Positions 1 through 11,649 of a stretch of DNA of 64,000 nucleotides are shown here, in pieces (position 1 is the first letter of the stretch; every line of letters starts with the position of its first letter). Origin of the DNA: Eledone cirrhosa (lineage: Eukaryota); NCBI GenBank assembly GCA_964016885.1, contig OZ024764.1:7626001-7690000 (forward strand). The letters are read 5' to 3'. Both the position numbers and the translations under genes were made by a program. The notes under the pieces were generated by a model, which ran no database searches, was not told where the DNA came from, and was given only the letters and a program-made list of their open reading frames with translations.

Positions 1-109
1 TGTCCACCATTGAACAATGGAACTTGGCCATATTTATTGTGGAATATTTCAGGTGACATTCCATAGTTGTTTGGCATCTGGTACATATGGCCTTGTATTC
101 CTGGTTGGT
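1..109 (-). CDS. Coding exon 4 of unknown secreted protein (continues beyond window start)
   Basis: Acceptor ctctctgttttccag|AC at 111/110; phase 1 matches exon 4868-4697; open frame (Y)[35 protein letters not shown]. Confidence 0.75.
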
Positions 110-124
110 CTGGAAAACAGAGAG

Positions 125-219
<95 letters not shown>

Positions 220-347
220 CATATATATATATTGTTATACTTTGGGAGGGTCATGTTGCCAATAAGAAACACACGTTTTCAGATAAAGAATCTTGCTAAA
301 CAAATTCAGAAACGAAATATATATATATACTTATGTGTATATATATA

Positions 348-1259
348 TGAGGTGTGTCAGAAAAGTTCCAGGACTGATGTCACAAAAGATTTATTTCGAA
401 CCCAAACTTCACACTAAGAGTTTTCTCCTTCAAAGTAATCCCCCTGGAGTATGTAACTGTAATCTTTGCTCTCTGCAGCGATCAAACTTTTTTCTTCATA
501 ATTTTATATACATGTCCTCTGTTTCAGGTTGTTAAGCAATGAGCACAGAGCAACGAACAAACTTTAAGTTTCTGGTACGGTTGAGGAAAACTCTGTCAGA
601 AGCACTGGGATTGCTGCAGCAAGTGTATGGAGATGAGACGATGTCACGCTCATGTGTTTTTGAGTGATGCAAGAGGTTTAAAGAAGGACGCGAGGACGTG
701 CAAGATGACCCCAGGAGCGGAAGGCCCTCAACAACCAGGACTGAGGTCAACGTTGAGCGCGTCAGGCAGATGGTGCGTAGCGATCGTCGGCTGACTGTTC
801 GACTGATGGCAAATGAGCTGGGCATGAATCGGGACAGCGTCTGGAAGATTCTCATATTTGGACATGCGGAAAGTCTACGCGAAGATGGTGCCAAAACTGC
901 TGAACGATGACCAGAAGGGTCGACGCATGCAAGTGTGCCAGGACATCCTCGAGCGTCTTGAAACCGAACCAGACTTGCTAGGGACAGTCATCACCGGTGA
1001 TGAGTCATGGATCTTCGAGTACGAACCGGAGGGGACCCGTTTTGAAGACGTGGACGACATCAAAAAGGCCATGACGACGGAACTGCAGAGGATCCCGGAA
1101 GAATCCTTCCAGCAGTGCATGCAAGCGTGGCAGAAATGGATGGAAAAGTGCATTAGGCTCCAGGGGGATTACTTTGAAGGAGAAAACTCTTAGTGTGAAG
1201 TTTGGGTTTGAAATAAATCTTTTGTGACATCAGTCCTGGAACTTTTCTGACCCTCCTCG
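348..1259 (+). mobile_element. Mariner (Tc1/mariner) DNA transposon, internally deleted and non-autonomous
   Basis: TA-flanked TIRs TGAGGTGTGTCAGAAAAGTTCCAGGACTG... / ...CAGTCCTGGAACTTTTCTGACCCTCCTCG (~100 bp); transposase remnants DDPRSGRPS, AKMVPKLL, VITGDESWIFEYEPE, CIRLQGDYFEG; stop at ~665 and frameshift at ~855. Confidence 0.93.
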
Positions 1260-1659
1260 TATATATATATATATACATATATATATATTGTTATAAATAG
1301 GGAGCAAAAGACGATTATTAGGAAGAAAAATATTTTTTTTTCCTTTTATTTTTTTCTCTTTTTTCTGGGTTAGAAAATTTTAAAACAAAATATTTTACTT
1401 TGTGTGAAGTGTTAAGGTATTAGTTAATTTATTTATTAATTAACAATGCCATTTATTTATTTATTTCTCCACATTTTAAAAATTATTATATATATATATA
1501 TATAATATAAATATATATATTATATATATTATATATATATATATAATATATATTATATATATATATATAATATATATTATATATATATATATAATATATA
1601 TTATATATATATATAGATATACATACATATATATAATATATATATATATAGATATACAT

Positions 1660-1731
<72 letters not shown>

Positions 1732-1736
<5 letters not shown>

Positions 1737-1880
1737 GTGTGGCTGAGTGGTTAGAGAATTGGATTCGCAATTGTGAGTTTGATTCCCAGACTGGGCGATA
1801 CGTTAGGTCCTGTCCTTGAGCAAGACACTTTATTTCACGTTGCTCCTTCTACCTGGAGTTGTGACCGATAGATAGTACTG
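1732..1880 (+). mobile_element. tRNA-derived SINE family A
   Basis: A-box-like TGGCTGAGTGG head; near-identical copies at 5285-5500(+), 20469-20680(+), 29055-29270(-), 52460-52675(-). Confidence 0.8.
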
Positions 1881-1906
1881 ATCGATTGGTTATTGATTAG
1901 GCGAAA

Positions 1907-2017
1907 CCCGCTGATGAAGCCATATGCGCTGATTATGCATTGTTGCATAATATATGCAGACAGAGGGTGCAGTGCACTCTACTGTTGCATTGAGTGTGGC
2001 CAAAACTCAAGTTCGGG
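1907..2017 (+). ncRNA. Degenerate hammerhead ribozyme with long stem II (GAAA mutated to AAAA)
   Basis: CCCG-CTGATGA-AGCCATAT...GTGTGGCC-AAAAC-TCAA-GTT-CGGG; helix I CCCG/CGGG. Confidence 0.55.
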
Positions 2018-2186
2018 AACTACTGTAGCTACCCGTTTACATGTGTTGTATTGAAGCGAATAACTATGTGTCTACTCTGGGAGTGTATCCTACATTACCT
2101 ATTGAGTACGCTGAGATACAACTGGTACTAGCAGTGATTCCCATGCTAGGTCTGTCAACTTATTATATATATATATACATATATAT

Positions 2187-2487
2187 ATAAATCAGGAAGG
2201 AAGGTTTACATGGTTTGCTATACAAAAAAGTTTTTAATCACATAGCTTACATTTGTTTCACTGAGCTGGTATGTCTAGAGATCGCTATCCGCCTAATTAT
2301 AACCAGTCAGATCTTCGGAGCATGCTCCGAAGATCTGACTGGTTATAATTCTGTATTGGCGATCGAGTGACGCAAAATTAGGCGGATAGCGATCTCTAGA
2401 CATACCAGCTCAGTGAAACAAATGTAAGCTATGTGATTAAAAACTTTTTTGTATAGCAAACCATGTAAACCTTCTTTCCTGATTTAT
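2187..2487. mobile_element. Fold-back palindrome from Penelope-like pLTR with hammerhead-like motif
   Basis: ~110-bp inverted arms plus inner hairpin; GCT-CCGAAGA...GAAAC-AAAT-GTA-AGC on +. Confidence 0.65.
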
Positions 2488-2891
2488 TATTACTCCAAGT
2501 GTTTACAACATAGGAATTACAGCATACCCGCAGCATCACTATGAAAACGCCTTGTTGAGTCAAACCAAGCCAAGCGTTAATATCATCCACTACCTGGAAT
2601 ACCATAACTGGACTTCACCTAAGTGGACTGCATTTAACTATTATTTGTTAATCCGTATACATATATATATATATATATATATATGTACATATAATATATA
2701 AGATCAAAAGATGGTTAAAAGAGTTCCATGTATTTTATTATGCGCATTTCAAAAACAAATATCATCATGCAATAATATTTGTGTTTTCATCAGATAAAAC
2801 AGGAAGACATGATATGAAGGTTAAAAAACACTTGTGGATAGTAAAACTGCACTATTCACAAGTGTTTTTTAACCTTCATATCATGTCTTCC

Positions 2892-2960
2892 TATTTTATC
2901 TGATGAAAATAAATGTTATTGCATGATGATATTTGTTTTTGAAATGCGCATAATAAAATA
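2892..2960 (+). ncRNA. Minimal type I hammerhead ribozyme in inverted duplication 2697-2995 (mirror copy ~2732-2800 on -)
   Basis: TATTTTAT-CTGATGA-stem II-GAAA-TGCGCA-TA-ATAAAATA: perfect 8-bp helix I, intact core, palindromic helix III. Confidence 0.85.
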
Positions 2961-3180
2961 CATGGAACTCTTTTAACCATCTTTTGATCTTATATATTAT
3001 TTATACTCCAGTCCTACAAACTGTAGAGTGCTTCTTATCCGATATCTGCATTGCTTTATTGTACTACAATAAAACTCACCTCCTACATATATATATATAT
3101 ATATGTGAGAAAAACCACAGACCCTCCATCCCAACTCCATATACTTTATATACTTTGTATACATTATATACTTTATATTG

Positions 3181-3360
3181 GCAGTATCGGTAGAGGGTCG
3201 GACACCATGCTTTGACGCATAGAGTTACGGCCCTTGCCATTCTGAGTACAAATCCCGCCGAGGTTAACTTAGCCTTTCATCCTTACGGGGTCGATAAAAT
3301 AAAGTACCAGTAATATACTGGGTAATTGCTGGCCTTGTGCCAATAGTAGAAACAATTATA
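3181..3360 (+). mobile_element. SINE family C
   Basis: GGCAGTATCGGTAGAGGGTCGGAC...GTAGAAACAATTAT; copies at 6944-7055, 22052-22240(-), 40548-41100(-), 52875-53050(-), 54015-54202(-). Confidence 0.75.
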
Positions 3361-4051
3361 TACTTTATATACTTTATATACTTTGTATACATTATATACT
3401 TTATATACTTTTTATACTTTGTATACATTATATACTTTATATACATTATATACTTTATATACATTATATACTTTATATACTTTATATATACATTATATAC
3501 TTTATATACATTATATACTTTATATACTTTATATACTTTATATACTTTTTATACTTTGTATACATTAGATACTTTATATACTTTATATACATTATATACA
3601 TTATATACTTTATATACTTTATATACTTTATATATACATTATATACTTTATATACATTATATACTTTATATACTTTATATACATTATATACATTATATAC
3701 ATTATATACTTTATATACATTATATACTTTATATATATAGGGGTCGATAAAATAAAGTACCAGTAATGCACTGGGTATTTGCTGGCCTTGTGCCTAAAGT
3801 AGAAACAATTATATACTTTATATACTTTATATACATTATATACATTATATACTTTATATACATTATATACTTTATATACATTATATACTTTATATACATT
3901 ATATACTTTATATACATTATATACTTTATAAAACTCTTTTTTAAAAGAATTATCCCTCTCATTTTTTCAATAATGTTACTTTGACGAATCAAAGAAAGGA
4001 AGAATAGGAAAAGCAGACCCTTAAATATATTTTCCATGCTATTTCCAACTT

Positions 4052-4163
<112 letters not shown>

Positions 4164-4399
4164 CGGAGGAAATGTGGTAAGGAACCAGGTGGACCATAAC
4201 GCACCAAAGTACTCAATACTTAGGGTAGTAGAGTGGGTAATAGGAACGAGTAGGACCCCGACGGCTGAGCTCAAGCCGTTTCGACGGCTAATTCTGGACT
4301 AAATGAGTCCAGAATTAGCCGTCGAAACGGCTTGAGCTCAGCCGTCGGGGTCCTACTTGTTCCTATATATATATATAAATCCCAAAAGTCAGCTCAAAA

Positions 4400-4620
4400 G
4401 TGACACAGAGGAGACTGGGGTTGGCTGGACATGCTCACCGACATCCAGAGTTGACATTGCACTCAGTGCTCCTTTGGGAGCCCCTACATGGACACACTAG
4501 AAGAGGAAGACCAAGGTTAACATATGTTGATGCCCTAAGGACAGACACTGGTCTGTTGGAGATGCAGGATATGGCAGCGATAATGAGGGACAGAGACCGC
4601 TGGAGAGAACTCGTCCATGG
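4400..4620 (+). mobile_element. RTE-type LINE 3' fragment (second copy ~63409-63625)
   Basis: RLGLAGHAHRH...WEP...RRGRPRLTYVD...DRDRWR, typical RTE C-terminus. Confidence 0.8.
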
Positions 4621-4696
4621 ATCTCGGGAATTTTACCCGCCTTATATAGATAGATAGATATATATATATGCACACACATACAAACACATTACTTAC

Positions 4697-4868
4697 AAGG
4701 ATGTTGTATTCCATGTCCAGGTCTGTAACCCAAGTAAGCCAGCATGGATGTGCAATGTTGTAACCACTGCCGGAACTGTTCAACTGTCTGGCCAGGTAAG
4801 TTGTGTGTCTTTAACATCTCGGCGAATTCAGTGTACAGCGTGGGGTATATATGGAGCATATTGTTGAG
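4697..4868 (-). CDS. Coding exon 3 of unknown secreted protein
   Basis: Acceptor cacccag|CTC, donor CCTT|gtaagt; 172 nt open in phase 0 to 1: LNNMLHIYPTLYTEFAEMLKTHNLPGQTVEQFRQWLQHCTSMLAYLGYRPGHGIQHP. Confidence 0.8.
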
Positions 4869-5044
4869 CTGGGTGTATACAGAAGGGTAGAGAAAGATGT
4901 ATACAGAAGGACATATATAGAATAGTTAGAACGTTAGATAGAATGCTTTGTAGAATTCCTTCCAACTCTCTGCTGTCTGTGTTCAAAAAGTACCAGTCAA
5001 ATACTGGCATCGATTCTTCCTCTATATCTCTTTCTCACTTCCAT

Positions 5045-5093
<49 letters not shown>

Positions 5094-5248
5094 TCATCAT
5101 CATCATCATCATCAACGTTTAACGTCCGTGTTCCACGCTTGCATGGGTTTGGACGGGGGTAGTCCCACTTGAGGCAAGAGTGATTGTCTTGCTCGCATAG
5201 GACTGTCTGGCAGGTTTTCTACAGTTGGATGCCCTTCCTAACACCAAC

Positions 5249-5284
<36 letters not shown>

Positions 5285-5720
5285 GAAGGCGTGTGGCTGA
5301 GTGGTTAGAGAATTGGATTCACAATCTTGAGGTTGTGAGTTCAATTCCTGGACCGGGCAATGCGTTATGTCCTTGAGCAAGACACTTTATTTCACGTTGC
5401 TCCTTCTACCTGGAGTTGCGACCGATAGATAGTATTAGCAGCTGGAAAGACCAATGGAAACATTGTTTCCTCGGTCCGATTTGACGAAAGTCGATCGCTA
5501 ATAAAAAAATAAAAAATATCCATATATATATATATATATATATAATTAAATAGCTCTGTACTATACATAGAGCACTCTTCTTTCCTTTACTTTTCCACAG
5601 AAATACTTAACATATATATATATATATATAGGAAAAGAGTCAGGACCCCGACAGCTGAGCTCTGGCCATTTCCACAGCTAGTTCTGAACTCATACAATAT
5701 ATATACAAATATATATATAT

Positions 5721-5911
5721 ATGACCGATGACCGATGGGTAAAGAAGTGCCAAGAAATCCCAGTTGAAGGAAGACGTGGTAGAGGTAGAGCACGAAAAAC
5801 ATGGGCGGAGGTGGTGAGAACAGACCTCAGATCGCTGAAGCTCACGGTGGAGATGACGAAGGACCGTGACAAGTGGAGAGATGCTGTGCTGAATAAGACC
5901 CGTCCCACCCT
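5721..5911 (+). mobile_element. RTE LINE 3' fragment
   Basis: DDRWVKKC...GRRGRGRARKTW...DRDKWR; related pieces at 10128-10620(+), 11020-11266(-), 25628-25920(-), 27649-27840(-), 34745-35100(-), 50060-50290(-). Confidence 0.85.
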
Positions 5912-6072
5912 TGGTGAACTGTATTCTGATTTTGTAGAGAATACATATTGATCAGATATTTTGTTTTAATTCTTTATTTATTTTAATAAGATACTCAACG
6001 AATTATGTAATCTTACTTTCAGTACAGATTGTCTCTAGTTCTAAGTTTTGATATGTCTTAATGCATGCTTAA

Positions 6073-6302
6073 CCCTTTAGCATTCACATTACTCTATTTA
6101 TACTCTATATATACTATTATATTTTCATGGTAAATGCTTTATCTCATATAATATCTCACATAATATTGAATCTATGAGATTTTGAAAGTATTTATTTTGA
6201 GAATAATACCTTAACATCAGTTTGAGTGACCAGTTACAGCTAGTTTCAATAGAAAAAGGTAGAGAATTCTGGCCGGTTTTGGCTGGTTTGAACATTAAAG
6301 TG
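6073..6302 (+). mobile_element. piggyBac-type MITE, single-unit copy
   Basis: TTAA-CCCTTTAGCATT ... AACATTAAAGTG-TTAA; homologous to 33144-34332 without the array. Confidence 0.65.
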
Positions 6303-6468
6303 TTAAGTGTCTATGGATATATATTTCATTAACTCTCTTATAATGATTAAGGCTCGATTTTATTCTCTGAATTCTATCTTGAGCTGTTTTTAAAGACGAG
6401 ACATATGTTAATGACATCCTTTACTTTGAATGTAATATAATATTTCTGCTCCTTATTTGTTGAACTGA

Positions 6469-6505
<37 letters not shown>

Positions 6506-7238
6506 TTAGGGTAAACATTGATGCAGGTGAGAGGTAGTATTGTGACCTGTAAAAACTAACACTCTCCCATCCCCTCTGGCTTTCGGCTGACTGCCACAGT
6601 CGGGATGGGTAGCAGTAAATTATGGTACAGGCCTAGGTGGGCCATTGTTTGGCTGAGAGGGTGAACTGACTAAGCGAATTTCGTTGAAATCTGCGGTAGC
6701 TAATGGTCAACTTCCTTCGGACATGCGCCTGCGCAGACCGGTGGGGGTGAATTGGTACTCACAGGGGAACGGATGAAGAACCCAAAAGCACGTACTTCGT
6801 CCGTTCCCATGTCGATTCAATTTGGATTGCCTCGGAAACAACCTTATTATGTAACAAGCTGTCTGATGATGTCACGACACTCGCACACACAGAACAGTGT
6901 GGCCAGTGTCGTCATTGAAATATATATCACAGCATTATTATTAAATCCCGCCGAGGTTAACTTTGCCTTTCATCCTTACGGGGTCGATAAAATAAAGTAC
7001 CAGTAATGTACTGGGTAATTGCTGGTCTTGTGCCAAAAGTAGAAACAATTATTATTAAAGGACTTGAACATCTGAAACTACTTCGCTTTTCCTTATTCTA
7101 TATATACATATATAGCAGGGAAATATATATACATAGCAGGGAAAAGTGGACGTAAAATGAAATGATGATGATGATGATGATGATATATTTGTTGAGCTGA
7201 TTATATATATATATTTATATGGTGTGTGAGATACTCAC

Positions 7239-7594
7239 GTTGAAGACGAAATCTGAGAGCTGTGCATTCTGTGCCACAAGGAAGATGAGTTGTTGTTCCC
7301 ACTGTGGGTTTCTCATGATATTGTCGTAATTGAGTATTTCAGAGAACTTGGTCCATGAGCTTTTCATGGCAGGGTCAGAGAGCCTCACTTTGTTCTTCAT
7401 CCAGTCGAGGGCCATTAGCAGGAAGTTGAAGCGAGCAGGTTCCTCTGAGTGCGGCAGTGCCCTTCCACCACCTCTAGTTCCCATCATCTCCAAATTCTCT
7501 GGAAGTTTTGCATCGGTGTCTCCCGGTTTACTCGGTGGTGTTGTTGTTGGACTGCTTTGAGTATCAGCTGCAAAGATTTCTATTGTAGCTGTTG
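7239..7594 (-). CDS. Coding exon 2 of unknown secreted protein
   Basis: Open frame ATATIEIFAADTQ...QLSDFVFN with donor AAC|gtgagt at 7239/7238; three in-frame phase-1 acceptor candidates (exon starts 7594, 7588, 7567). Confidence 0.8.
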
Positions 7595-7695
7595 CTGTTG
7601 TTGTTGTTGTTGTTGTTGTTGTTGTCGAATAGTTCAAGGGTTTTGTTGTTGTTTTTTTGAAAGAGAAAAGAAAAACATTTATATATATATATACG

Positions 7696-7741
<46 letters not shown>

Positions 7742-7754
7742 TATATATATATAT

Positions 7755-7788
<34 letters not shown>

Positions 7789-7938
7789 TCATCATTATCA
7801 TCATCATTGAGGACCGAGTAAGTTAGATCGCAGATATATATATATAAAAGACAGCGAGAAGCGAAAACCAACCAAACAGTGAGTGTGTTCTGTTATTAAT
7901 TCTGGCAATATTACGCAAATATGACCCTCCCCAAATAT

Positions 7939-7979
<41 letters not shown>

Positions 7980-8032
7980 CTATTATATATATATATATTA
8001 ATAGAATTATATATATATATATATATATATAT

Positions 8033-9295
8033 TGTTATATTTGGGGAGGGTCTTATTTGCGTAATATTGCCAGAATTAATAACAGAACACACTCACTGTT
8101 TGGTTGGTTTTCGCTTCTCGCTGTCTTTTATATATATATATCTGCGATCTAACTTACTCGGTCCTCAATGTTGCCATTGACTGACCGGCGGTCAAAAATA
8201 ATACAGATACAATATAGACAAACACATATATATATAGTTTACATAATTTACATAAATCTTTCGTTGCACATCTGCAACATCGTCAGTGGTGTTATATTCA
8301 TTGTTCCTCCTGTTGTGTTGTATGTCTACGCCATTTTTTTTTTTTTGTGTTCAGTCTGTCTATATATTTATTTATTTATTTGCTTGTTTGTTTATCTTAT
8401 TTTATTTTGTCTTCTTTGCGCATGCGTTTGCGTGTGTGTATAGTGTTATGTGTGATGTGTGACTAGTGTGTATAGTGTTGTGTCTGCTGGGTGACTAGTG
8501 TGTGTTTATGTGCTTGTGTATGTATTTATTTATCTTATTTTATTTAATTTAATTTACTTATTTATTTATACTTCTCTTAGGTCAGTGTTGTTTGTTTGGG
8601 TGTTGTTGTTGTTCCACTCATTCTTTCTGTTTAGCTTTGGTCTTCTAATTTCTATTTCACTGGCCTCTCTGATTTGCCTATCTGCTGGGTCATTCCTGTT
8701 TAGATATTATTCTAATTTCTATGTTGTCTATGTTACCGTCATGTTGTTGTCTAGCATGTTCGTATAGTACTGACCCGTTTTTTCGTCCTTTTAGTTCCCC
8801 CCAGTGTTGGTCTATCCTTTCACCTATGCTACGAGCTGTCTCACCTATGTATGTTGTTGTCGTGTTTCTGCAAGTACCCTCTGTACATCTTATGCTATAG
8901 ACTACGTTTCTAGTTTTACAGTTTATCCGGGGGTTCACCTTACATATGATACATTTCCTATTGGTACAGTGGGTTTTCTTAAAAGGGTAGGTTTTGCTGA
9001 TCAGGGATTTTATGGTGGTTCCTGGCTTTTCTACCACCTTTACTTTTAAGTGGGTCTTTCTCAGGGCCTTTCTACACTGGTTAGCTAATTTCCCTCCAGG
9101 GGTGGCGTCCACAAACATGACACTCTGATATCTCTGGTTGTCGTACCATGATGTGGCCTTCCCTATCTTATGTCTAGCCCTATCTAAGCTATTCCATGAT
9201 TTGCTCCTGTATAGTGGGCAAATTCCTTTCATGTCCAGTTCTATGAGGGTCTTATACTTTTCCATGGCTCCTTCGTATACTCTGACTCTGTCTCT
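8033..9295 (-). mobile_element. Penelope-like retroelement 3' fragment with GIY-YIG endonuclease
   Basis: ORF 8690-9265: CxxxxCxxC linker, NVVYSIRC...YIGETARSIGERIDQH...LYEH; degenerate hammerhead at ~8250-8290(-) (CTGACGA-TGTTGCA..TGCAAC-GAAA); inverted copy of its end at 7805-7945. Confidence 0.88.
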
Positions 9296-9893
9296 TTGGT
9301 TGTATATATATATATACGATATTAAATAAATGGAAACTATATTTATAAAACCATATTTATTTCATTATATATATTTCAGGGATATCACATTAAAAATATG
9401 GTATGCCTTCATCAGACAAAATACAATATAAACAGTCTTATAAATAGATAGATTTGACATACCTTACAGCTTCAACTTCCATTTAAAAAGTTGATTTGGT
9501 AGTGAAATATATATATATATATACAATAGATCAGTTAATATTGCCCCTCCCCCCAAAATATATTAGGACGAGTTAACTCATCTATGACACTGAAGAGGTT
9601 AAGCAGAAGGAGACAGGCAGAACATCATCATCATCGTTTAACGGCCATTTTCCATGCTAGTATGGCAGAGAAGTCAGCCAGGTAGAACTGATTTTGGCAT
9701 GGTTTCTATGGCCTTATGCCCTTCCCTAATTCCAACCACATTTTAAGTGTGAAAACGTTAGTACCCCGAGTGAGTTCCATAGCAAATTAACAACATCATC
9801 ATCAATATATATGTATATCCGGGAGCTTCCAACAGTAATGGTTGCATTTTTTAAGGGTATGTCGATATTTATTTATAAAACTGCTCTATATTG

Positions 9894-9958
9894 TATTTTG
9901 TCTGATGAAAGCACACCATAATTTAACTTGGTGTCCTTGAAATATGTATAATAAAATA
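9894..9958 (+). ncRNA. Minimal hammerhead ribozyme (inverted partner 9358-9423 on -)
   Basis: TATTTTGT-CTGATGA-stem II-GAAA-TATGTA-TA-ATAAAATA. Confidence 0.8.
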
Positions 9959-10088
9959 AATATGGTTTTATAAATATAGTTTCCATTTGTTAATATCGTA
10001 TGTTTACTCCAAATACTTGTTGAGTGCTTTATATCAGTTATAAAAATATTTGCTTGTTGTATCCCAACAATTTAAATAGAACTTTTGC

Positions 10089-10124
<36 letters not shown>

Positions 10125-10689
10125 AGTGAGACATGGGCAGCAACTGCAGAGGATATGCGACGGCTGGAGAGAAATGTGGCAAGCATGCTCCGTTGGATTT
10201 GCAATGTCAATGTGCGTGAATGACCCAGCATGAATGTGTTGAGAGAGAGACTGTGTCTGAGAGGGATAGAATGTAGTGTACGGGAGAGGAGACTGAGGTG
10301 GTAGGACATGTGATGTGTTGAGAGAGAAACTGTGTCTGAGAGGGATAGAATGTAGTGTACGGGAGAGGAGACTGAGGTGGTATGGACATGTGATGCGCAT
10401 TGAGAATGACCGATGGGTGAAGAAGTGCCAGGAAATGCCAGTTGAAGGAAGACGTGGTAGAGGAAGACCATGAAAAACATGGGGGGAGGTGGTGAGAACA
10501 GACCTCAGATCGCTGAAGCTCACAGTGGAGATGACGAAGGACCGTGACAAGTGGAGAGATGCTGTGCTGAATAAGACCCGTCCCACCCTTGCAAGCAGGT
10601 AAAAGTGGACGTAAAATGATGATGATGATGATGATGTGTGTGTGTGTGTGTATCTATATATACTTTTGTATATATATTCACACATAAGC

Positions 10690-10985
10690 TGGTTTGACTA
10701 GACACGAACAAAATCATATCAGTAGACCTCATGTAGATTATGATCTGAAAAGGTTTAAGGAATGTGGCACGGAATATGTTAGCATGGGAGGTCTCAAAAG
10801 TCATATGAGAACACACAGCCAGAACAAAGCAATGGAAAGTCCTGAAGGAGGCTACATTTGCCATGTATTAACCAAAGGGTGCAAGTATTTGGCTGGTTTA
10901 AAGAGCTACATTCATGCCTCAGATTTTTGAGCATTTTATCAGGTGATAGCATTGCACAAACACAAGTTTGCAGCCATCATCATGT
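10690..10985 (+). mobile_element. LINE-type 3' end with degenerate tandem C2H2 zinc fingers
   Basis: KECG...GLKSHMRTH, CHV..KGCKYLAGLKSY; related to 24590-24830 and 50283-50370; ends in (CAT)n. Confidence 0.6.
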
Positions 10986-11649
10986 ATATATATCATCATC
11001 ATCATCATCATCATCATCATTTTACGTCCGCTTTTACCTGCTTGCAAGGGTGGGACGGGTCTTATTCAGCACAGCATCTCTCCACTTGTCACGGTCCTTC
11101 GTCATCTCCACCGTGAGCTTCAATGATCTGAGGTCTGTTCTCACCACCTCCGCCCATGTTTTTCGTGGTCTACTTCTACCACGTCTTCCTTCAACTGGCA
11201 TTTCCTGGCACTTCTTCACCCATCGGTCATCCTCCATGCGCATCACATGTCCATACCACCTCAGTCTATATATATGTATATGTATATATATATGTATATG
11301 TGTATACATGTGTATATATGTATATGTGTATATATGTGTATATATGGATCTGCGTGGATGAGTATGTAAATGAGTGTGCATGTGGATATATGTATATGTG
11401 TATACATGTGTATATATGTATATGTGTATACATGTGTATATATATGTGTATACATGTGTATATATGTATATGTGTATATATGTGTATATATGTATATGTG
11501 TATACATGTGGATATATGTATATGTGTATACATGTGTATATATGTGTATATATGGATCTGCGTGGATGAGTATGTAAATGAGTGTGCATGTGGATATATG
11601 TGTGCATGTGTATCTATGTATGTGTAGAAATATGTATATATGTGTATGT

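Noticed and set aside
5285-5360. tRNA gene-like sequence
   Set aside because: SINE head: continues into the same SINE body in multiple copies
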